A stretch of 64,000 bases of DNA from Candidatus Azobacteroides pseudotrichonymphae (GTDB taxonomy: Bacteria > Bacteroidota > Bacteroidia > Bacteroidales > Azobacteroidaceae): the NCBI GenBank assembly GCA_002091395.1, contig AP017913.1, forward strand, positions 124,520 to 188,519, written 5' to 3'. The notes below the pieces were generated by a model. That model made no database searches, had not been told where the DNA came from, and saw only the letters and a list, made by a program, of their open reading frames with translations. Each line of letters starts with the position of its first letter. Position 1 is the stretch's first letter. This document shows, in pieces, positions 29,976-41,900 of the stretch. The translations under genes were made by a program, and so were the position numbers.

Positions 29976-30395
29976 ATGGCTATATTGTATACAACTGTAG
30001 GCGTGTGGTTCCCAAAAATAAAAAAAAGGCTCATTGCTCATTGGATAAGACGTATTGTTTATGATTATCATAAACAAGTTGGGAATATTACATGTATTTT
30101 TTGCTCTGATGATGAAATATTGAGAATAAATAGTTATTATTTGAGTCACAATTATTACACCGATATTATCACTTTTGATTATTCTAAAAATAATACTGTT
30201 TCTGGTGATTTGTTTATTGCACCAAATGTAATAGAATACAATTCTAAAAAATATGGGGTCGATTATTTTAAAGAATTACATCGTGTTATTATTCACGGAA
30301 TTTTACATTTGTGTGAATTCAATGATATTTCAGATAATGAATTAAAAATTATGAGAGAAAATGAAGATAAAGCCTTGGAGAAATTGAAATTATGA
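29976..30395 (+). CDS. ybeY: rRNA maturation endoribonuclease YbeY
   Basis: 139 aa with the metal-site motif VIIHGILHLCEFND (HxxxH, with Asp at the third-ligand position). It overlaps mnmG by 4 nt (ATGA). Confidence 0.85.
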   Translation: MAILYTTVGVWFPKIKKRLIAHWIRRIVYDYHKQVGNITCIFCSDDEILRINSYYLSHNYYTDIITFDYSKNNTVSGDLFIAPNVIEYNSKKYGVDYFKELHRVIIHGILHLCEFNDISDNELKIMRENEDKALEKLKL

Positions 30396-32269
30396 TATTT
30401 AATTATGATGTAATTATTGTTGGTGCTGGGCATGCTGGTTGCGAAGCAGCATCTGCTGCTGCTAATTTGGGATCAAAATCACTTTTAATAACGATGGATA
30501 TGAATAAAATTGCTCAAATGAGTTGCAATCCAGCTATAGGTGGAATAGCAAAAGGACAGATTGTTCGGGAAATAGATGCTTTGGGAGGACAAATGGGAAT
30601 AGTTGCTGATCAAACATCTATTCAATTTCGCATGTTAAATCGTTCAAAAGGGCCTGCTGTGTGGAGCCCTCGTACTCAAAATGATCGTGTAAAATTTATT
30701 AGGAAATGGCTTGAAATATTGAATAGTATCCCAAATTTGTTTATTTGGCAAGATACTGTTACTAATTTAATTATAAAAAATGGCATTGCTATCGGAGTTA
30801 GAACAATTTTGAATATAGAATTCAGAGCTAAAGCAATTATACTAGCTGTTGGAACTTTTTTTAACGGACTTATGCATATAGGCAAAACTCAAATTAGCGG
30901 AGGAAGAATATCTGAACCATCTTCAATTGGTATTAGTGAACAATTAATTGAGTTAGGATTTAAAAAAAGTCGTATGAAAACAGGGACTCCAGTTCGAATA
31001 GATGGTCGTAGTGTAAACTTTTCTTTGATGGAAGAACAAAAAGGAGAAATGGACTTTCATAGATTTTCTTATTTGAATTCTATTCATCGTTCAGTGAAAC
31101 AATCGAGTTGTTGGATTTTATATACTAATAGAGCTTGTCATGAAGAATTGAGAAAAGGATTAAGTGAAAGTCCATTATACAATGGACAAATTAAGGGTAT
31201 TGGTCCTAGATATTGTCCAAGTATTGAAACAAAAATTGTTACTTTCCCATCTAAAGATCATCACTTATTATTTTTAGAACCAGAATCTGAAAATACGCAA
31301 GAATATTATTTAAATGGGTTTTCTTCTTCACTACCTTTTTCAATTCAGTTGTCAGCTTTACAAAAAATACCGGCATTTAAGAATGTACAAATATATCGTC
31401 CAGGTTATGCTATTGAATATGATTTTTTTTATCCAACACAATTAAATCATACATTGGAAACAAAACTAATAAAAAATCTGTTTTTTGCTGGGCAAATAAA
31501 TGGTACCACTGGGTATGAAGAAGCTGGAGCTCAAGGTTTAATCGCAGGTATTAATGCTCATACTAATGTTCATAAAGACAAATCTTTTGTTTTAGCTAGA
31601 AACGAAGCTTACATAGGAGTTTTGATAGATGATTTAGTGACAAAAGGAGTAGATGAACCTTATCGTATGTTTACTTCACGTGCGGAATATAGGATATTAT
31701 TACGTCAAGATAATGCAGATGTTCGTTTAACAGAAAAATCATACCACCAAATAGGGTTGGCAGACATTAACAGGTATAATTATTTGCTTAATAAAAAAAA
31801 ATGGATAAATAATATTCTTACTTTTATTTATCAGCATTCTGTATCAGCTGATCAAATCAATTCTTCTTTGGAGTCATTTGGAGTAAGCCCTTTGCGAAAT
31901 AGAGTAAAATTAAGTAATTTGATTTCACGTCCTCAGTTAACGATTAATATTATTTCTGCTTTTGTGCCTATTTTTCAGGAACAATTAGATAAAATTCCTA
32001 ATCGTAAAGAAGAAATAATAGAAGAAGTGGAAATTTTAATAAAATATAATGGGTATATTGCTCGTGAAAAAATTGTTGCAGAAAAAATTAATCGTTTGGA
32101 GAATATAAAAATTCGTGGTAGAATGGATTATTCTACTGTACAGTCTCTTTCTGCAGAAGCGAAACAAAAATTGACAAATGTTGATCCGGAAACAATTGCC
32201 CAAGCAAGTCGCATACCTGGCATTTCACCAAATGATATCAATGTTCTGTTGATATTGTTAGGAAGATAA
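30392..32269 (+). CDS. mnmG: tRNA uridine 5-carboxymethylaminomethyl modification enzyme MnmG (GidA)
   Basis: 625 aa with FAD-binding VIIVGAGHAGCEAA and the conserved motifs GPRYCPSIE and FFAGQINGTTGYEEA. Confidence 0.96.
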   Translation: MIFNYDVIIVGAGHAGCEAASAAANLGSKSLLITMDMNKIAQMSCNPAIGGIAKGQIVREIDALGGQMGIVADQTSIQFRMLNRSKGPAVWSPRTQNDRVKFIRKWLEILNSIPNLFIWQDTVTNLIIKNGIAIGVRTILNIEFRAKAIILAVGTFFNGLMHIGKTQISGGRISEPSSIGISEQLIELGFKKSRMKTGTPVRIDGRSVNFSLMEEQKGEMDFHRFSYLNSIHRSVKQSSCWILYTNRACHEELRKGLSESPLYNGQIKGIGPRYCPSIETKIVTFPSKDHHLLFLEPESENTQEYYLNGFSSSLPFSIQLSALQKIPAFKNVQIYRPGYAIEYDFFYPTQLNHTLETKLIKNLFFAGQINGTTGYEEAGAQGLIAGINAHTNVHKDKSFVLARNEAYIGVLIDDLVTKGVDEPYRMFTSRAEYRILLRQDNADVRLTEKSYHQIGLADINRYNYLLNKKKWINNILTFIYQHSVSADQINSSLESFGVSPLRNRVKLSNLISRPQLTINIISAFVPIFQEQLDKIPNRKEEIIEEVEILIKYNGYIAREKIVAEKINRLENIKIRGRMDYSTVQSLSAEAKQKLTNVDPETIAQASRIPGISPNDINVLLILLGR

Positions 32270-32901
32270 ATTGAGTTGATATTTACAGTGGATTTGTTGC
32301 ATAATAGGCTTTTTGAATTAAAAATATGTTTTATTTAATTTGAAATCATTATGATGTTACACAATTGCCAATTTTTGGTAAAAGTTTAGTACGAAGAAAT
32401 CGTATTAATTTATTGTATTAAAAAATTATTTATAATCTTGATTAGTTATTTGTTTGTATTTTATCAAATAGTTGTATGTTTAATTCATTTTAATTAGTTG
32501 GTGGATTAATGTGAGTATTATTTTTAATATTAAATGGTTGTTAAAAATCAAAATATGCATTTATACAATCATGTAATTTTCGGATAAAGTTACAATTGTA
32601 TTTAATCTAGATTAGTAAAAATTAAAATTGTTTCATTTAAGATGACCCTTTGTTATTTTGATATTATTAAAGTGTGAGACTCCATTTACACAGTGACATT
32701 TCCAATTTGTTAAAAAACAACATTATAATTTTTTTGTATGTAAAAGTATTTTTTGATATGTTTATCATACATACTTGAATATTTGTAAATATATTGGATT
32801 TGTTCATAAAAATATATTTTAACTTACTTAATATATTTTGTGTGTCTTTACTTTTTCTGAATTATATGTACATTAATTTATAATGTAAAAAATTAAGAAT
32901 T

Positions 32902-35900
32902 TTATAACTTCCCACAACATTTTTTATATTTTTTATTACTACCACACGGGCATATATCATTTCTTCTTATAGTTTTTTCTGAGTGAAATTGCTCTGTTTT
33001 TTGTTGAATATTAGTATTTTTAGTTGTTTCTATTTCGGTTTGTTTATTTTTAATTAATTTATCTTTTATCGTTTTAAGACTATTATAATTAGTTTTTATT
33101 TCTATGGAAGATTTATTAACTTCCTGATTTTGTATATATACTTGTCCTCTCATTAATATAGAAACAGTTTTTTTATTTGTTGTGTCAATCATTTTTTTAA
33201 ATAAGTTGAATGCTTCTAGTTTATATACTAATAAAGGGTCTTTATTTTCGTAACTTGCATTTTGAACGGAGTGACGCAATTCATCTATTTCTCTAAGATG
33301 TTCTTTCCATGCTTCATCTATAGAATAAAGCAAAATAGTTTTTTCAAATGATTTTATAAGGTTTTTAGATTTTGTATTATATGCTGTTTCTAAATGACAA
33401 CTAATATTATATATTCTTTCACCATCTGTAATTGGAATTACAATATTTTGATACTTATTATGAGTTTCTTTATAGAAACGTTCAATAATTGGTTGGACAT
33501 TTTGAACCATTCGTTCATTTTTTCGTTTAAAATTTTCAGTTGCTGAATTGAATATTATTTCGACTAAATCAAGAATTTTTGTTCTTTTAAATTCATCTTC
33601 ATTAACAGGAAGTTCTATAGTTAATATTTTTTGTAGATCAGATTTTAAATTTTTATAACTGTTAGAATTAGAATAACATTCTATAATGTGACTAACTGTG
33701 TCATAGATTATATTTGAAATATATTCTGCAATTCGCTCTCCAATTAATGCGTGATAACGTCTTGTATAAATTATTTCTCTTTGAGAATTCATAACATCAT
33801 CATATTCTAGTAATCTTTTACGAATTCCGAAATTATTTTCTTCTATTTTTTTTTGTGCTCGTTCAACAGCATTATTTAATAATTTTGCTTCTAAAACTTC
33901 ACCTTCTTTAAATCCAATCTTATCCATTATTCTTACTATACGATCAGAAGCAAATAAACGCATCAAGTCATCTTCAAGAGAGATAAAAAAAATAGAAGAG
34001 CCAGGATCTCCTTGGCGACCAGAACGACCACGTAATTGTCTATCTATTCGTCGAGATTCATGTCTTTCTGTCCCAATAATTGCTAATCCTCCTGCTTTTT
34101 TTGCTTCTAGTGAGAGTTTTATGTCTGTACCACGTCCTGCCATATTAGTGGCAATTGTTACTGTATTTGTTTGACCAGCTTGAGCTATAATTTCAGCCTC
34201 TTTTTGATGAAGTTTAGCATTTAATACATTATGATGAATTTTATACATATCTAACATTCGACTCAATACTTCTGATATTTCTACTGAAGTTGTTCCAACT
34301 AAAACTGGGCGTCCTTGTTCTCTATAAGTAATGATTTCTTTAATTATTGCAGTATATTTTTCACGGACAGTTTTGTAAAGTTTATCGTCTTTATCATTTC
34401 TTACGATTGGCTTATTAGTTGGAATAACTACTATATCTAATTTGTAAATATCCCAGAATTCACCAGCTTCAGTTTCTGCTGTACCTGTCATGCCAGCTAA
34501 TTTTCGATACATACGGAAATAATTTTGTAGAGTGATTGTGGCAAAAGTTTGTGTAGCTTCTCTAACTTTTACATGCTCTTTTGCTTCTATTGCTTGGTGT
34601 AATCCGTCAGAATAGCGTCTCCCTTCCATAATACGTCCTGTTTGTTCATCTACAATTAATACTTTGTTGTCAAGAACGATGTATTCATAATTTTTTTCAA
34701 ATAAGCAGTAAGCTTTTAATAATTGATTGATTGTATGAACTCTTTCTGATTTTACGGAGTAATTTTGCATTAATTCATCTTTTTTAGATTGTTTTTCTTC
34801 TTTTGAAAGAGGTTCATTTTCAATTTTTGCAAATTTTGTTCCTAAATCTGGCAAAATAAAAAAATCTAGATCATTAGAATTTCCTGTTAGTATATCAATT
34901 CCTTTGTCAGTTAGTTCTATAGATTTATTTTTTTCATCAATTATAAAATATAATTCATCAGTTATAATATGCATTTCTCGATTTTGTTGCTGCATGTAGA
35001 ATTCTTCAGTTTTTAGCATAGAGGCTTTTATTCCTGGCTCGCTTAAATATTTTATTAAAGCTTTATTTTTTGGCATTCCTTTGTAGGAACGAAATAATAA
35101 CTTTAATCCTTTTTCACGTTGTTTTGAATTGCCTGATTTAATTAGTTTTTTAGCTTCTGTCAGCAAATTACTAGTTAATTTTTTTTGAATGTTTACTAAA
35201 TTTTCAACTCGTTGACAATATGAACTGTATAATTGGTCTTCTATTTTATGTACAGGTCCTGAAATGATCAAAGGTGTACGAGCATCATCAATTAGTACAG
35301 AGTCAACTTCATCTATAATTGCGTAATTATGACTGCGTTGCACCAAATCATGAGGATTAGTTGCCATATTGTCTCGCAGATAATCAAATCCAAATTCATT
35401 GTTTGTTCCAAAAGTAATATCAGCCTCATAGGCTTTGCGACGTTCATTAGAGTTTGGAGTATGTTTGTCAATGCAATCTACTGAAAGGCCGTGAAACATG
35501 TATAAAGGGCCCATCCATTCAGAGTCTCGTTTAGATAAGTAATCATTTACTGTTACTACATGAACGCCATTGTGTGTCATTGCATTCAAAAATATAGGCA
35601 GTGTAGCTGCAAGAGTTTTACCTTCTCCTGTTGCCATTTCTGCTATATATCCTTTTATTTTTTTACTGATTTTGTGATCATCTGTTTCTTTTATATATTT
35701 TTTTTTATTATAGTTGTGGAGTACGATTCCACCAAATAATTGAACGTCATAGTGAACCATATCCCAAGTAATTTTGATTCCTCCGGCAATCCAATGATTA
35801 CTGTAAACTGCTTTATTATTTTTGATTGACACAAAATTGTGAGATACAGCTAATTGGTGATCAAAATCAGTTGCAGTAACTTCAAGAGTTTCATTTTCAG

Positions 35901-36264
35901 CAAATCTACGAGCGGTGTCTTTTACTATGGCAAAAACTTCAGGAAGTATTTCATCTAGTGTTTCTTCCTGCCTATCTATAATGTCTTTTTCTATTTTATT
36001 TATATTAGCCCATACTTTTCCTCTATCTACTAATTTAAGAGATTCTACTGAAGATTTTAACTCATTTATTGTTTGTTTTTTTGTTTTTATTTTATTTTGG
36101 ATAAATGTCATCAATTCTTGTGTTCGTTCTCTCAATTTGTCATTTGAATAACTTTTAACTACTGGATAAATTGATAGTATTTTTTGTACGTAAGGATCGA
36201 TTTCTTTCAAATCACGTTTAGATTTATTTCCAAAAAGTCTAGATAAGATTTTATTTAAATTCAT
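32902..36264 (-). CDS. secA: Preprotein translocase ATPase SecA
   Basis: 1120 aa with motor motifs MATGEGKTL and [19 protein letters not shown], and the C-terminal zinc finger [14 protein letters not shown]. Confidence 0.97.
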   Translation of the reverse strand: MNLNKILSRLFGNKSKRDLKEIDPYVQKILSIYPVVKSYSNDKLRERTQELMTFIQNKIKTKKQTINELKSSVESLKLVDRGKVWANINKIEKDIIDRQEETLDEILPEVFAIVKDTARRFAENETLEVTATDFDHQLAVSHNFVSIKNNKAVYSNHWIAGGIKITWDMVHYDVQLFGGIVLHNYNKKKYIKETDDHKISKKIKGYIAEMATGEGKTLAATLPIFLNAMTHNGVHVVTVNDYLSKRDSEWMGPLYMFHGLSVDCIDKHTPNSNERRKAYEADITFGTNNEFGFDYLRDNMATNPHDLVQRSHNYAIIDEVDSVLIDDARTPLIISGPVHKIEDQLYSSYCQRVENLVNIQKKLTSNLLTEAKKLIKSGNSKQREKGLKLLFRSYKGMPKNKALIKYLSEPGIKASMLKTEEFYMQQQNREMHIITDELYFIIDEKNKSIELTDKGIDILTGNSNDLDFFILPDLGTKFAKIENEPLSKEEKQSKKDELMQNYSVKSERVHTINQLLKAYCLFEKNYEYIVLDNKVLIVDEQTGRIMEGRRYSDGLHQAIEAKEHVKVREATQTFATITLQNYFRMYRKLAGMTGTAETEAGEFWDIYKLDIVVIPTNKPIVRNDKDDKLYKTVREKYTAIIKEIITYREQGRPVLVGTTSVEISEVLSRMLDMYKIHHNVLNAKLHQKEAEIIAQAGQTNTVTIATNMAGRGTDIKLSLEAKKAGGLAIIGTERHESRRIDRQLRGRSGRQGDPGSSIFFISLEDDLMRLFASDRIVRIMDKIGFKEGEVLEAKLLNNAVERAQKKIEENNFGIRKRLLEYDDVMNSQREIIYTRRYHALIGERIAEYISNIIYDTVSHIIECYSNSNSYKNLKSDLQKILTIELPVNEDEFKRTKILDLVEIIFNSATENFKRKNERMVQNVQPIIERFYKETHNKYQNIVIPITDGERIYNISCHLETAYNTKSKNLIKSFEKTILLYSIDEAWKEHLREIDELRHSVQNASYENKDPLLVYKLEAFNLFKKMIDTTNKKTVSILMRGQVYIQNQEVNKSSIEIKTNYNSLKTIKDKLIKNKQTEIETTKNTNIQQKTEQFHSEKTIRRNDICPCGSNKKYKKCCGKL

Positions 36265-36496
36265 ACATGTGGTTATTATAATGGTATTTGTAATAATGTT
36301 ACTAAAATTGTACCTTTGTTTACAGTTATAGTTTTTTTGTATATATGTATCTTGATATTTAAAGTATTTAAATTTATCTTTAAAGTAAAATAAAAAAATT
36401 TTATGATGACAAATTAAGTTTTGTTAATTGATTTAGATTTAATTGTAAATTACATTGCATTCTAATAAATTTTTGAATGCTAAAACGTTATTTAGT

Positions 36497-37564
36497 ATGG
36501 CTATAATGAATTTTGGAGGAGTAGAAGAAAAAGTTATTACACGTGAAGAGTTTCCATTAAAAAAAGCTAAAAAAATTTTAGCAAGTGAGACTATTGCTGT
36601 AATTGGGTATGGAATACAAGGTCCTGGTCAAGCATTGAATTTGCGTGATAATGGATTTAAAGTGATTATTGGCCAAAGAAAAGGTGGAGCAACATGGGGA
36701 AAAGCTGTAGATGATGGATGGGTGCCTGGGGATACTCTTTTTGAAATTGAAGAAGCGGTAAAGTATGGAACGGTAGTCATGTATCTTCTTTCTGATGCTG
36801 CTCAAATCGAGCTTTGGCCTAGGATACGTCCATATATTGAAAGCGGTAAAGCTTTATATTTTTCGCATGGTTTTGGAATTGTTTATAAAGAAAGAACAAA
36901 TATTATTCCTTCTACAGATATTGATGTTATACTCGTTGCCCCAAAAGGGTCTGGGACGTCTCTTCGTCGAATGTTTCTTGATGGAAGGGGATTAAGTTCT
37001 AGTTATGCTGTTTTTCAAGACGCAACTGGGAAAGCTTTAGATAGGGTTATCGCATTAGGAATTGGAATAGGATCCGGGTATTTATTTGAAACTGATTTTA
37101 AACGTGAAGTATATTCGGATCTCACAGGCGAGCGTGGCACTTTAATGGGTGCAATTCAAGGGCTTCTTTTGGCTCAGTATGAGGTTTTGCGTGAAAATGG
37201 TCATAATCCAAGTGAAGCTTTTAATGAGACAGTAGAAGAATTAACGCAATCTTTAATGCCTTTGTTTGCCGAAAATGGGATGGATTGGATGTATGCTAAT
37301 TGTTCTACTACTGCTCAAAGAGGAGCGCTAGATTGGATGGGTCCTTTTCATGATGCTACAAAGCCTGTGTTTGAGAAATTATACAGAGAAGTTGTGTCTG
37401 GAAATGAGGCTCAACGTTCTATTGATGCCAACTCTAAACCATTATATCGTGAGGGGTTATCTAAAGAGTTAAAATTTTTGCGTGAGAGCGAAATGTGGAA
37501 AACCGGTTCAGTTATTCGCAAGTTGCGTCCGGAAAATACAATTAATTCAAATTGTATTAAATAA
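36497..37564 (+). CDS. ilvC: Ketol-acid reductoisomerase (class I)
   Basis: The start is placed at the ATG at 36497 (MAIMNFGG); the track ORF begins at a TTG at 36455. NADP-binding motif: IAVIGYGIQGPGQALNLRDNG. No other ilv genes are in the window. Confidence 0.9.
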   Translation: MAIMNFGGVEEKVITREEFPLKKAKKILASETIAVIGYGIQGPGQALNLRDNGFKVIIGQRKGGATWGKAVDDGWVPGDTLFEIEEAVKYGTVVMYLLSDAAQIELWPRIRPYIESGKALYFSHGFGIVYKERTNIIPSTDIDVILVAPKGSGTSLRRMFLDGRGLSSSYAVFQDATGKALDRVIALGIGIGSGYLFETDFKREVYSDLTGERGTLMGAIQGLLLAQYEVLRENGHNPSEAFNETVEELTQSLMPLFAENGMDWMYANCSTTAQRGALDWMGPFHDATKPVFEKLYREVVSGNEAQRSIDANSKPLYREGLSKELKFLRESEMWKTGSVIRKLRPENTINSNCIK

Positions 37565-37931
37565 TAAATGTTTTAGCAAGAATGATATAACAATTGAATT
37601 TGTATCGTTTACTTTTTTAAGTGTCTAATAAGTTTACGCCTAGGTCGTTTTTTTTTTACAAAACTTAGATTTGTATCTAATGTTGAAAAATTTGTTGGTT
37701 GGAAGTTATTAGCTTGTTTTGTATTAAGTGTTCATTAATAATTTCTGATAAAAATTTTTCAGTGTAAACAATGTTTTGTCAATTTTTGTAAAATGATGGA
37801 ATAATCAAATTTGTGTTAATTACATTTGAGTGTTGAAGTATATTTTTTATTAAATTGTTGTGATGTTGCCGAATTTGAAATGTTTTTTGTCGTGAACTTT
37901 TTGTATGTAACCAATTAATAATGTATTTGAT

Positions 37932-39449
37932 TTGAGCGATCAAGAGATATTTAGACGTAATAGTTTAGAAGAATTAAAAAGTAAAGGAATTGACCCTTAT
38001 CCTGCAGAAGAGTATCCTGTGACAAATTATTCTGTAGATATAAAAAAAATGTTTAAAGAAAGTGAACCAAGGTGGAATGTATCTGTAGCTGGGCGAATGA
38101 TGAGACGACGGATTATGGGAAAGATTTCATTTGTAGAGCTTCAAGATTCTGTTGGTACGATACAACTTTATATCACTAGTGATGATTGTTGTTCGGATAG
38201 AAATGACGACTTTTATCATACTGTATTCAGAAAACTACTTGATATTGGTGATTTTATCGGTGTAAAAGGTTACGTTTTTTCTACTAAAACAGGAGAAGTG
38301 TCCATTCATGTTACAAGTTTGAAACTTCTTTCCAAAGCTTTGCGTCCAATCCCTATTGTTAAATGCAAAGGAGATGTAATTTATGATGCTTTTAATGATC
38401 CTGAATTACGTTATCGTCAGCGATATATTGATTTAATTGTTAATAAAGGTGTCAAGGATATTTTTTTTAAACGCACAAAGATTTTTGATTCTGTGCGTAA
38501 ATTTCTTAATAAAAAAGGATATTTAGAAGTAGATACTCCTATTTTGCAAAATATACCTGGTGGAGCAACTGCCCGTCCATTTGTTACTCATTACAATGCA
38601 TTAGGTGCACCATTTTATTTGCGGATTGCTAATGAATTATATTTGAAACGATTAATTATCGGTGGTTTTGATGGTGTATATGAGTTTTCTCGTAATTTTC
38701 GTAATGAAGGGATAGATAAAATACATAACCCTGAATTTACGGCGATGGAAGTTTATGTTTCGTATAAAGATTATAAGTGGATGATGAATTTTATTGAGCA
38801 AATGATTGAATTTATTTGCTTGAATGTTTTAGATAGTCTAAAAATAGATGTTGGTGGATGCATAATTAGCTTCAAATCTCCTTATAAGAGAATTACTATG
38901 ATTGATGCAATCAAAGAAAATACAGGTATTGATATTTCAGGCATGGATGAAAATCAACTAAGAAATGTTTGTTATCAATTGAATATACTAGAAGTAGGAG
39001 ATAAATCAATAAAAACTAGAAAACTTGTTGATGAAATTTTCAGTAAAAAATGTGAATGTAATTATATTCAGCCAACTTTTATTATTGATTATCCTAAAGA
39101 TATGTCTCCACTTTGTAAAAGTCATAGAGATAATATTGAATTAACAGAGCGTTTTGAATTAATAGTAAATGGACTAGAGTTGGCAAATGCATATTCAGAA
39201 TTAAACGATCCAATTGAACAGCGTAATCGTTTTGAAGACCAGTTAAAATTTTCGGGAAAATATGATGATGAATTATTTATAGATCAAGATTTTTTACGTG
39301 CACTAGAGTATGGTATGCCACCAACTTCAGGGATGGGAATTGGGATGGATCGTTTAGTAATGTTATTAACTGGTAATACTTCTATTCAGGAAGTTTTACT
39401 TTTTCCACATATGCGTTCGGAAAAATTAAAAGAATCAATTAATGGATAA
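37932..39449 (+). CDS. lysS: Lysine--tRNA ligase (class II)
   Basis: 505 aa with class II motifs FRNEGIDKIHNPEFT and GMGIGMDRLVMLLTG. It apparently uses a TTG start, as there is no in-frame upstream ATG. Confidence 0.95.
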   Translation: MSDQEIFRRNSLEELKSKGIDPYPAEEYPVTNYSVDIKKMFKESEPRWNVSVAGRMMRRRIMGKISFVELQDSVGTIQLYITSDDCCSDRNDDFYHTVFRKLLDIGDFIGVKGYVFSTKTGEVSIHVTSLKLLSKALRPIPIVKCKGDVIYDAFNDPELRYRQRYIDLIVNKGVKDIFFKRTKIFDSVRKFLNKKGYLEVDTPILQNIPGGATARPFVTHYNALGAPFYLRIANELYLKRLIIGGFDGVYEFSRNFRNEGIDKIHNPEFTAMEVYVSYKDYKWMMNFIEQMIEFICLNVLDSLKIDVGGCIISFKSPYKRITMIDAIKENTGIDISGMDENQLRNVCYQLNILEVGDKSIKTRKLVDEIFSKKCECNYIQPTFIIDYPKDMSPLCKSHRDNIELTERFELIVNGLELANAYSELNDPIEQRNRFEDQLKFSGKYDDELFIDQDFLRALEYGMPPTSGMGIGMDRLVMLLTGNTSIQEVLLFPHMRSEKLKESING

Positions 39450-40437
39450 TACCTATAAAGTGGGTGTTTTTGGCGGTGGAAGTTGGGCAACAGCTATTTC
39501 CAAGATTATTTCTGATAAATATCATAGTTTTTATTGGTATATGCGTAGATCTGAACAAATAGAAGAGTTTAAAGAGTTAAAACATAATCCATTTTATTTG
39601 CCAAATGTAAAATTTGATATAGAACGTATATATTTTCATAGTAATATTAATGAAATTGTTGAAAAATGTGATATTTTATTTTTTGCTGTTCCTTCTCCAT
39701 TTTTGAAAAAACATCTTCAAAATCTTTATTTACCATTGAAAGATAAATTTGTTGTATCAGCTATCAAAGGGATTGTTCCAAATGAAAATATATTAGTAAG
39801 TGATTATTTTATTAAATATTATGGTGTCTTGAATGATAACATTGCGGTATTGGGTGGACCTTGTCATGCTGAAGAAGTTTCTTTAGAACGATTATCCTAT
39901 ATTACAATAGGATGTACTAATAATAGATATGCTTTGATACTAGCGAAGCTACTTACTACAAAATATTCAAAAGTGACTATCAGCAAAGATATTTCTGGAA
40001 TAGGGTATGCTTCTACATTGAAAAATGTATATGCTATTGCTGCCGGTATTTGTCATGGATTAAAGTACGGGGACAATTTTCGTGCAACACTTATTTCTAA
40101 CGCGATGATGGAATTGAAACGTTTTGTTGAAATTATAAGTCCAATGTCGAGAAATTTATATGATTCAGCTTATTTAGGTGATTTATTGGTAACAGCTTAT
40201 TCAAGATTTAGTCGTAACCAACTTTTTGGAACAATGGTTGGAAAGGGGTATTCTATTATTGCAGTTCAAATGGAAATGGGAATGATTGCTGAGGGTTATT
40301 TTGGAGCAAAATGTATTAAAGAGATAAATGATGAATACGGTATGAATATGCCTATACTTGATGCAGTTTATTCAATTTTATATGATGGGGAACCAGTAAA
40401 ATTGGCAGTGAAACAACTATCAAAAATATTAGAGTAG
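39442..40437 (+). CDS. gpsA: NAD(P)H-dependent glycerol-3-phosphate dehydrogenase
   Basis: 331 aa with the N-terminal dinucleotide fold [14 protein letters not shown]. It overlaps the lysS stop by 8 nt. Confidence 0.9.
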   Translation: MDNTYKVGVFGGGSWATAISKIISDKYHSFYWYMRRSEQIEEFKELKHNPFYLPNVKFDIERIYFHSNINEIVEKCDILFFAVPSPFLKKHLQNLYLPLKDKFVVSAIKGIVPNENILVSDYFIKYYGVLNDNIAVLGGPCHAEEVSLERLSYITIGCTNNRYALILAKLLTTKYSKVTISKDISGIGYASTLKNVYAIAAGICHGLKYGDNFRATLISNAMMELKRFVEIISPMSRNLYDSAYLGDLLVTAYSRFSRNQLFGTMVGKGYSIIAVQMEMGMIAEGYFGAKCIKEINDEYGMNMPILDAVYSILYDGEPVKLAVKQLSKILE

Positions 40438-40453
40438 AAATCTTAATAAAATT

Positions 40454-41746
40454 ATGAAATTAGATATTGGTAATTCGTTAAAAATTCTTACAAAGGATTG
40501 TGTTTTTGCACAATCAAAAAAAGCTAAAGAATGTAATGAAATGTTGGAAACAGGAGGAGGTAAGGGTAGAGATTTTTTAGGTTGGCTTTCCCCATCTTCT
40601 ATTACAAAAATTGATATGAATGATATTAAAGCTACTGCTTATAATTTTTGTATAAATTGTGAGGTAGTAGTTGTAATTGGTATTGGAGGTAGTTATTTGG
40701 GATCTAAAGCTGTTATTAGTGCTCTTTCAAATTCATTCGGTTATACGATTAATAAACGGCCGACAATTGTGTATGCTGGTTATAATATTAATGAGGATTA
40801 TCTGTATGAATTGTTAGAATATTTAAAAAACAAAGTATTTGGCATTGTTAGTATTTCAAAATCTGGGGCTACAATTGAACCGGCATTATCTTTTCGTTTT
40901 TTAAAAAAATATTTGGAAAGTATTGATGGCAAAGAAAATGCAAAAAAACGAATTGTTGTTATAACAGATAAAGTTGATGGTCCCCTTCGTATGTTGGCTA
41001 ATCAGGAGGGATATAAAACTTATGCTATTCCGAATAATATTGGTGGTAGATTTTCAGTTTTAACTCCAGCGGGTTTGTTGCCAATAGCGATAGCAGGGAT
41101 TGATATTGACCAATTAATTAATGGTGCAGTTGATATGGAAAAAGAGACGTCAAGTAATATTCCTTTTGAAAAAAATTTATCTGAACTTTATGCAGTTGTT
41201 CGCAATGAATTGTACAAAATTGGGAAAAAAATAGAAATTCTTGTTAACTTTCACCCGAAATTATACTATGTTTCCGAATGGTGGAAACAGCTTTACGCTG
41301 AAAGTGAAGGTAAAGAGTTTAAAGGAATTTTTACTGCGGCTGTAAATTTTACTACTGATTTACATTCCATGGGACAATGGATTCAAGAATCTGAGAGGAC
41401 TATTTTTGAAACAGTAATATCTATTGCAAATTCTAAACATAAATTAGAGGTTCCTTTAGATGAACAAAATTTTGATGAATTGAATTTTTTATCTGGAAAA
41501 CGAGTGGATTATATTAATAAAATGGCAGAATTAGGAACACAGATTGCTCATGTAGATGGAGGTGTTCCGAATATTAGAATAGAGATCTCAGAATTAAATG
41601 AATATTGCTTGGGTCAGTTGTTGTATTTTTTTGAAAGGGCTTGTGGAATCAGTGGTTATCTACTTGGAGTTAATCCATTTAATCAGCCTGGAGTTGAAGC
41701 ATATAAAAAAAACATGTTTAATTTATTAAAGAAATCTGGCTGTTGA
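40454..41746 (+). CDS. pgi: Glucose-6-phosphate isomerase (short form)
   Basis: 430 aa with motifs [28 protein letters not shown] and QLYAESEGK. Confidence 0.92.
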   Translation: MKLDIGNSLKILTKDCVFAQSKKAKECNEMLETGGGKGRDFLGWLSPSSITKIDMNDIKATAYNFCINCEVVVVIGIGGSYLGSKAVISALSNSFGYTINKRPTIVYAGYNINEDYLYELLEYLKNKVFGIVSISKSGATIEPALSFRFLKKYLESIDGKENAKKRIVVITDKVDGPLRMLANQEGYKTYAIPNNIGGRFSVLTPAGLLPIAIAGIDIDQLINGAVDMEKETSSNIPFEKNLSELYAVVRNELYKIGKKIEILVNFHPKLYYVSEWWKQLYAESEGKEFKGIFTAAVNFTTDLHSMGQWIQESERTIFETVISIANSKHKLEVPLDEQNFDELNFLSGKRVDYINKMAELGTQIAHVDGGVPNIRIEISELNEYCLGQLLYFFERACGISGYLLGVNPFNQPGVEAYKKNMFNLLKKSGC

Positions 41747-41841
41747 ATATTTAAATTTTATTAATTTCATTAATGCTTTTTGTTTGTTGTTAATTTATTT
41801 TGAATTGTGCTTAATAGTAAGGTTAGCAGTGTTATTTTTTG

Positions 41842-41849
41842 TAATTTTG
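41842..41849 (+). promoter_or_regulatory. Candidate -7 promoter box (TAnnTTTG) upstream of the RNR gene
   Basis: TAATTTTG lies 51 nt upstream of the ATG at 41901. No clear -33 element was seen, and a chance match is plausible in AT-rich DNA. Confidence 0.25.
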
Positions 41850-41900
41850 ATGGCAGTATGAAATACTTATTTATATTGTATTTCATAATTTTTTCTAAAA

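Noticed and set aside
29553-30149. Two 60-aa minus-strand ORFs (29553-29735 and 29967-30149) in or near the manC-ybeY spacer.
   Set aside because: They are I/N/K-rich and low-complexity. The second is antisense to the ybeY start. Nothing distinguishes them from chance ORFs.
30270-30330. The YbeY metal motif reads HGILHLCEFND, with Asp where E. coli YbeY has the third His.
   Set aside because: Asp can ligate the metal, and I suspect, but cannot verify, that this variant is common in Bacteroidota. It is not reportable as an anomaly without an alignment.
41747-41900. A possible cobalamin riboswitch upstream of the B12-dependent RNR gene.
   Set aside because: The region is almost pure A/T, with no conserved B12-box-like GC-containing core. 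Such riboswitches typically control B12-independent isozymes or transporters rather than nrdJ.
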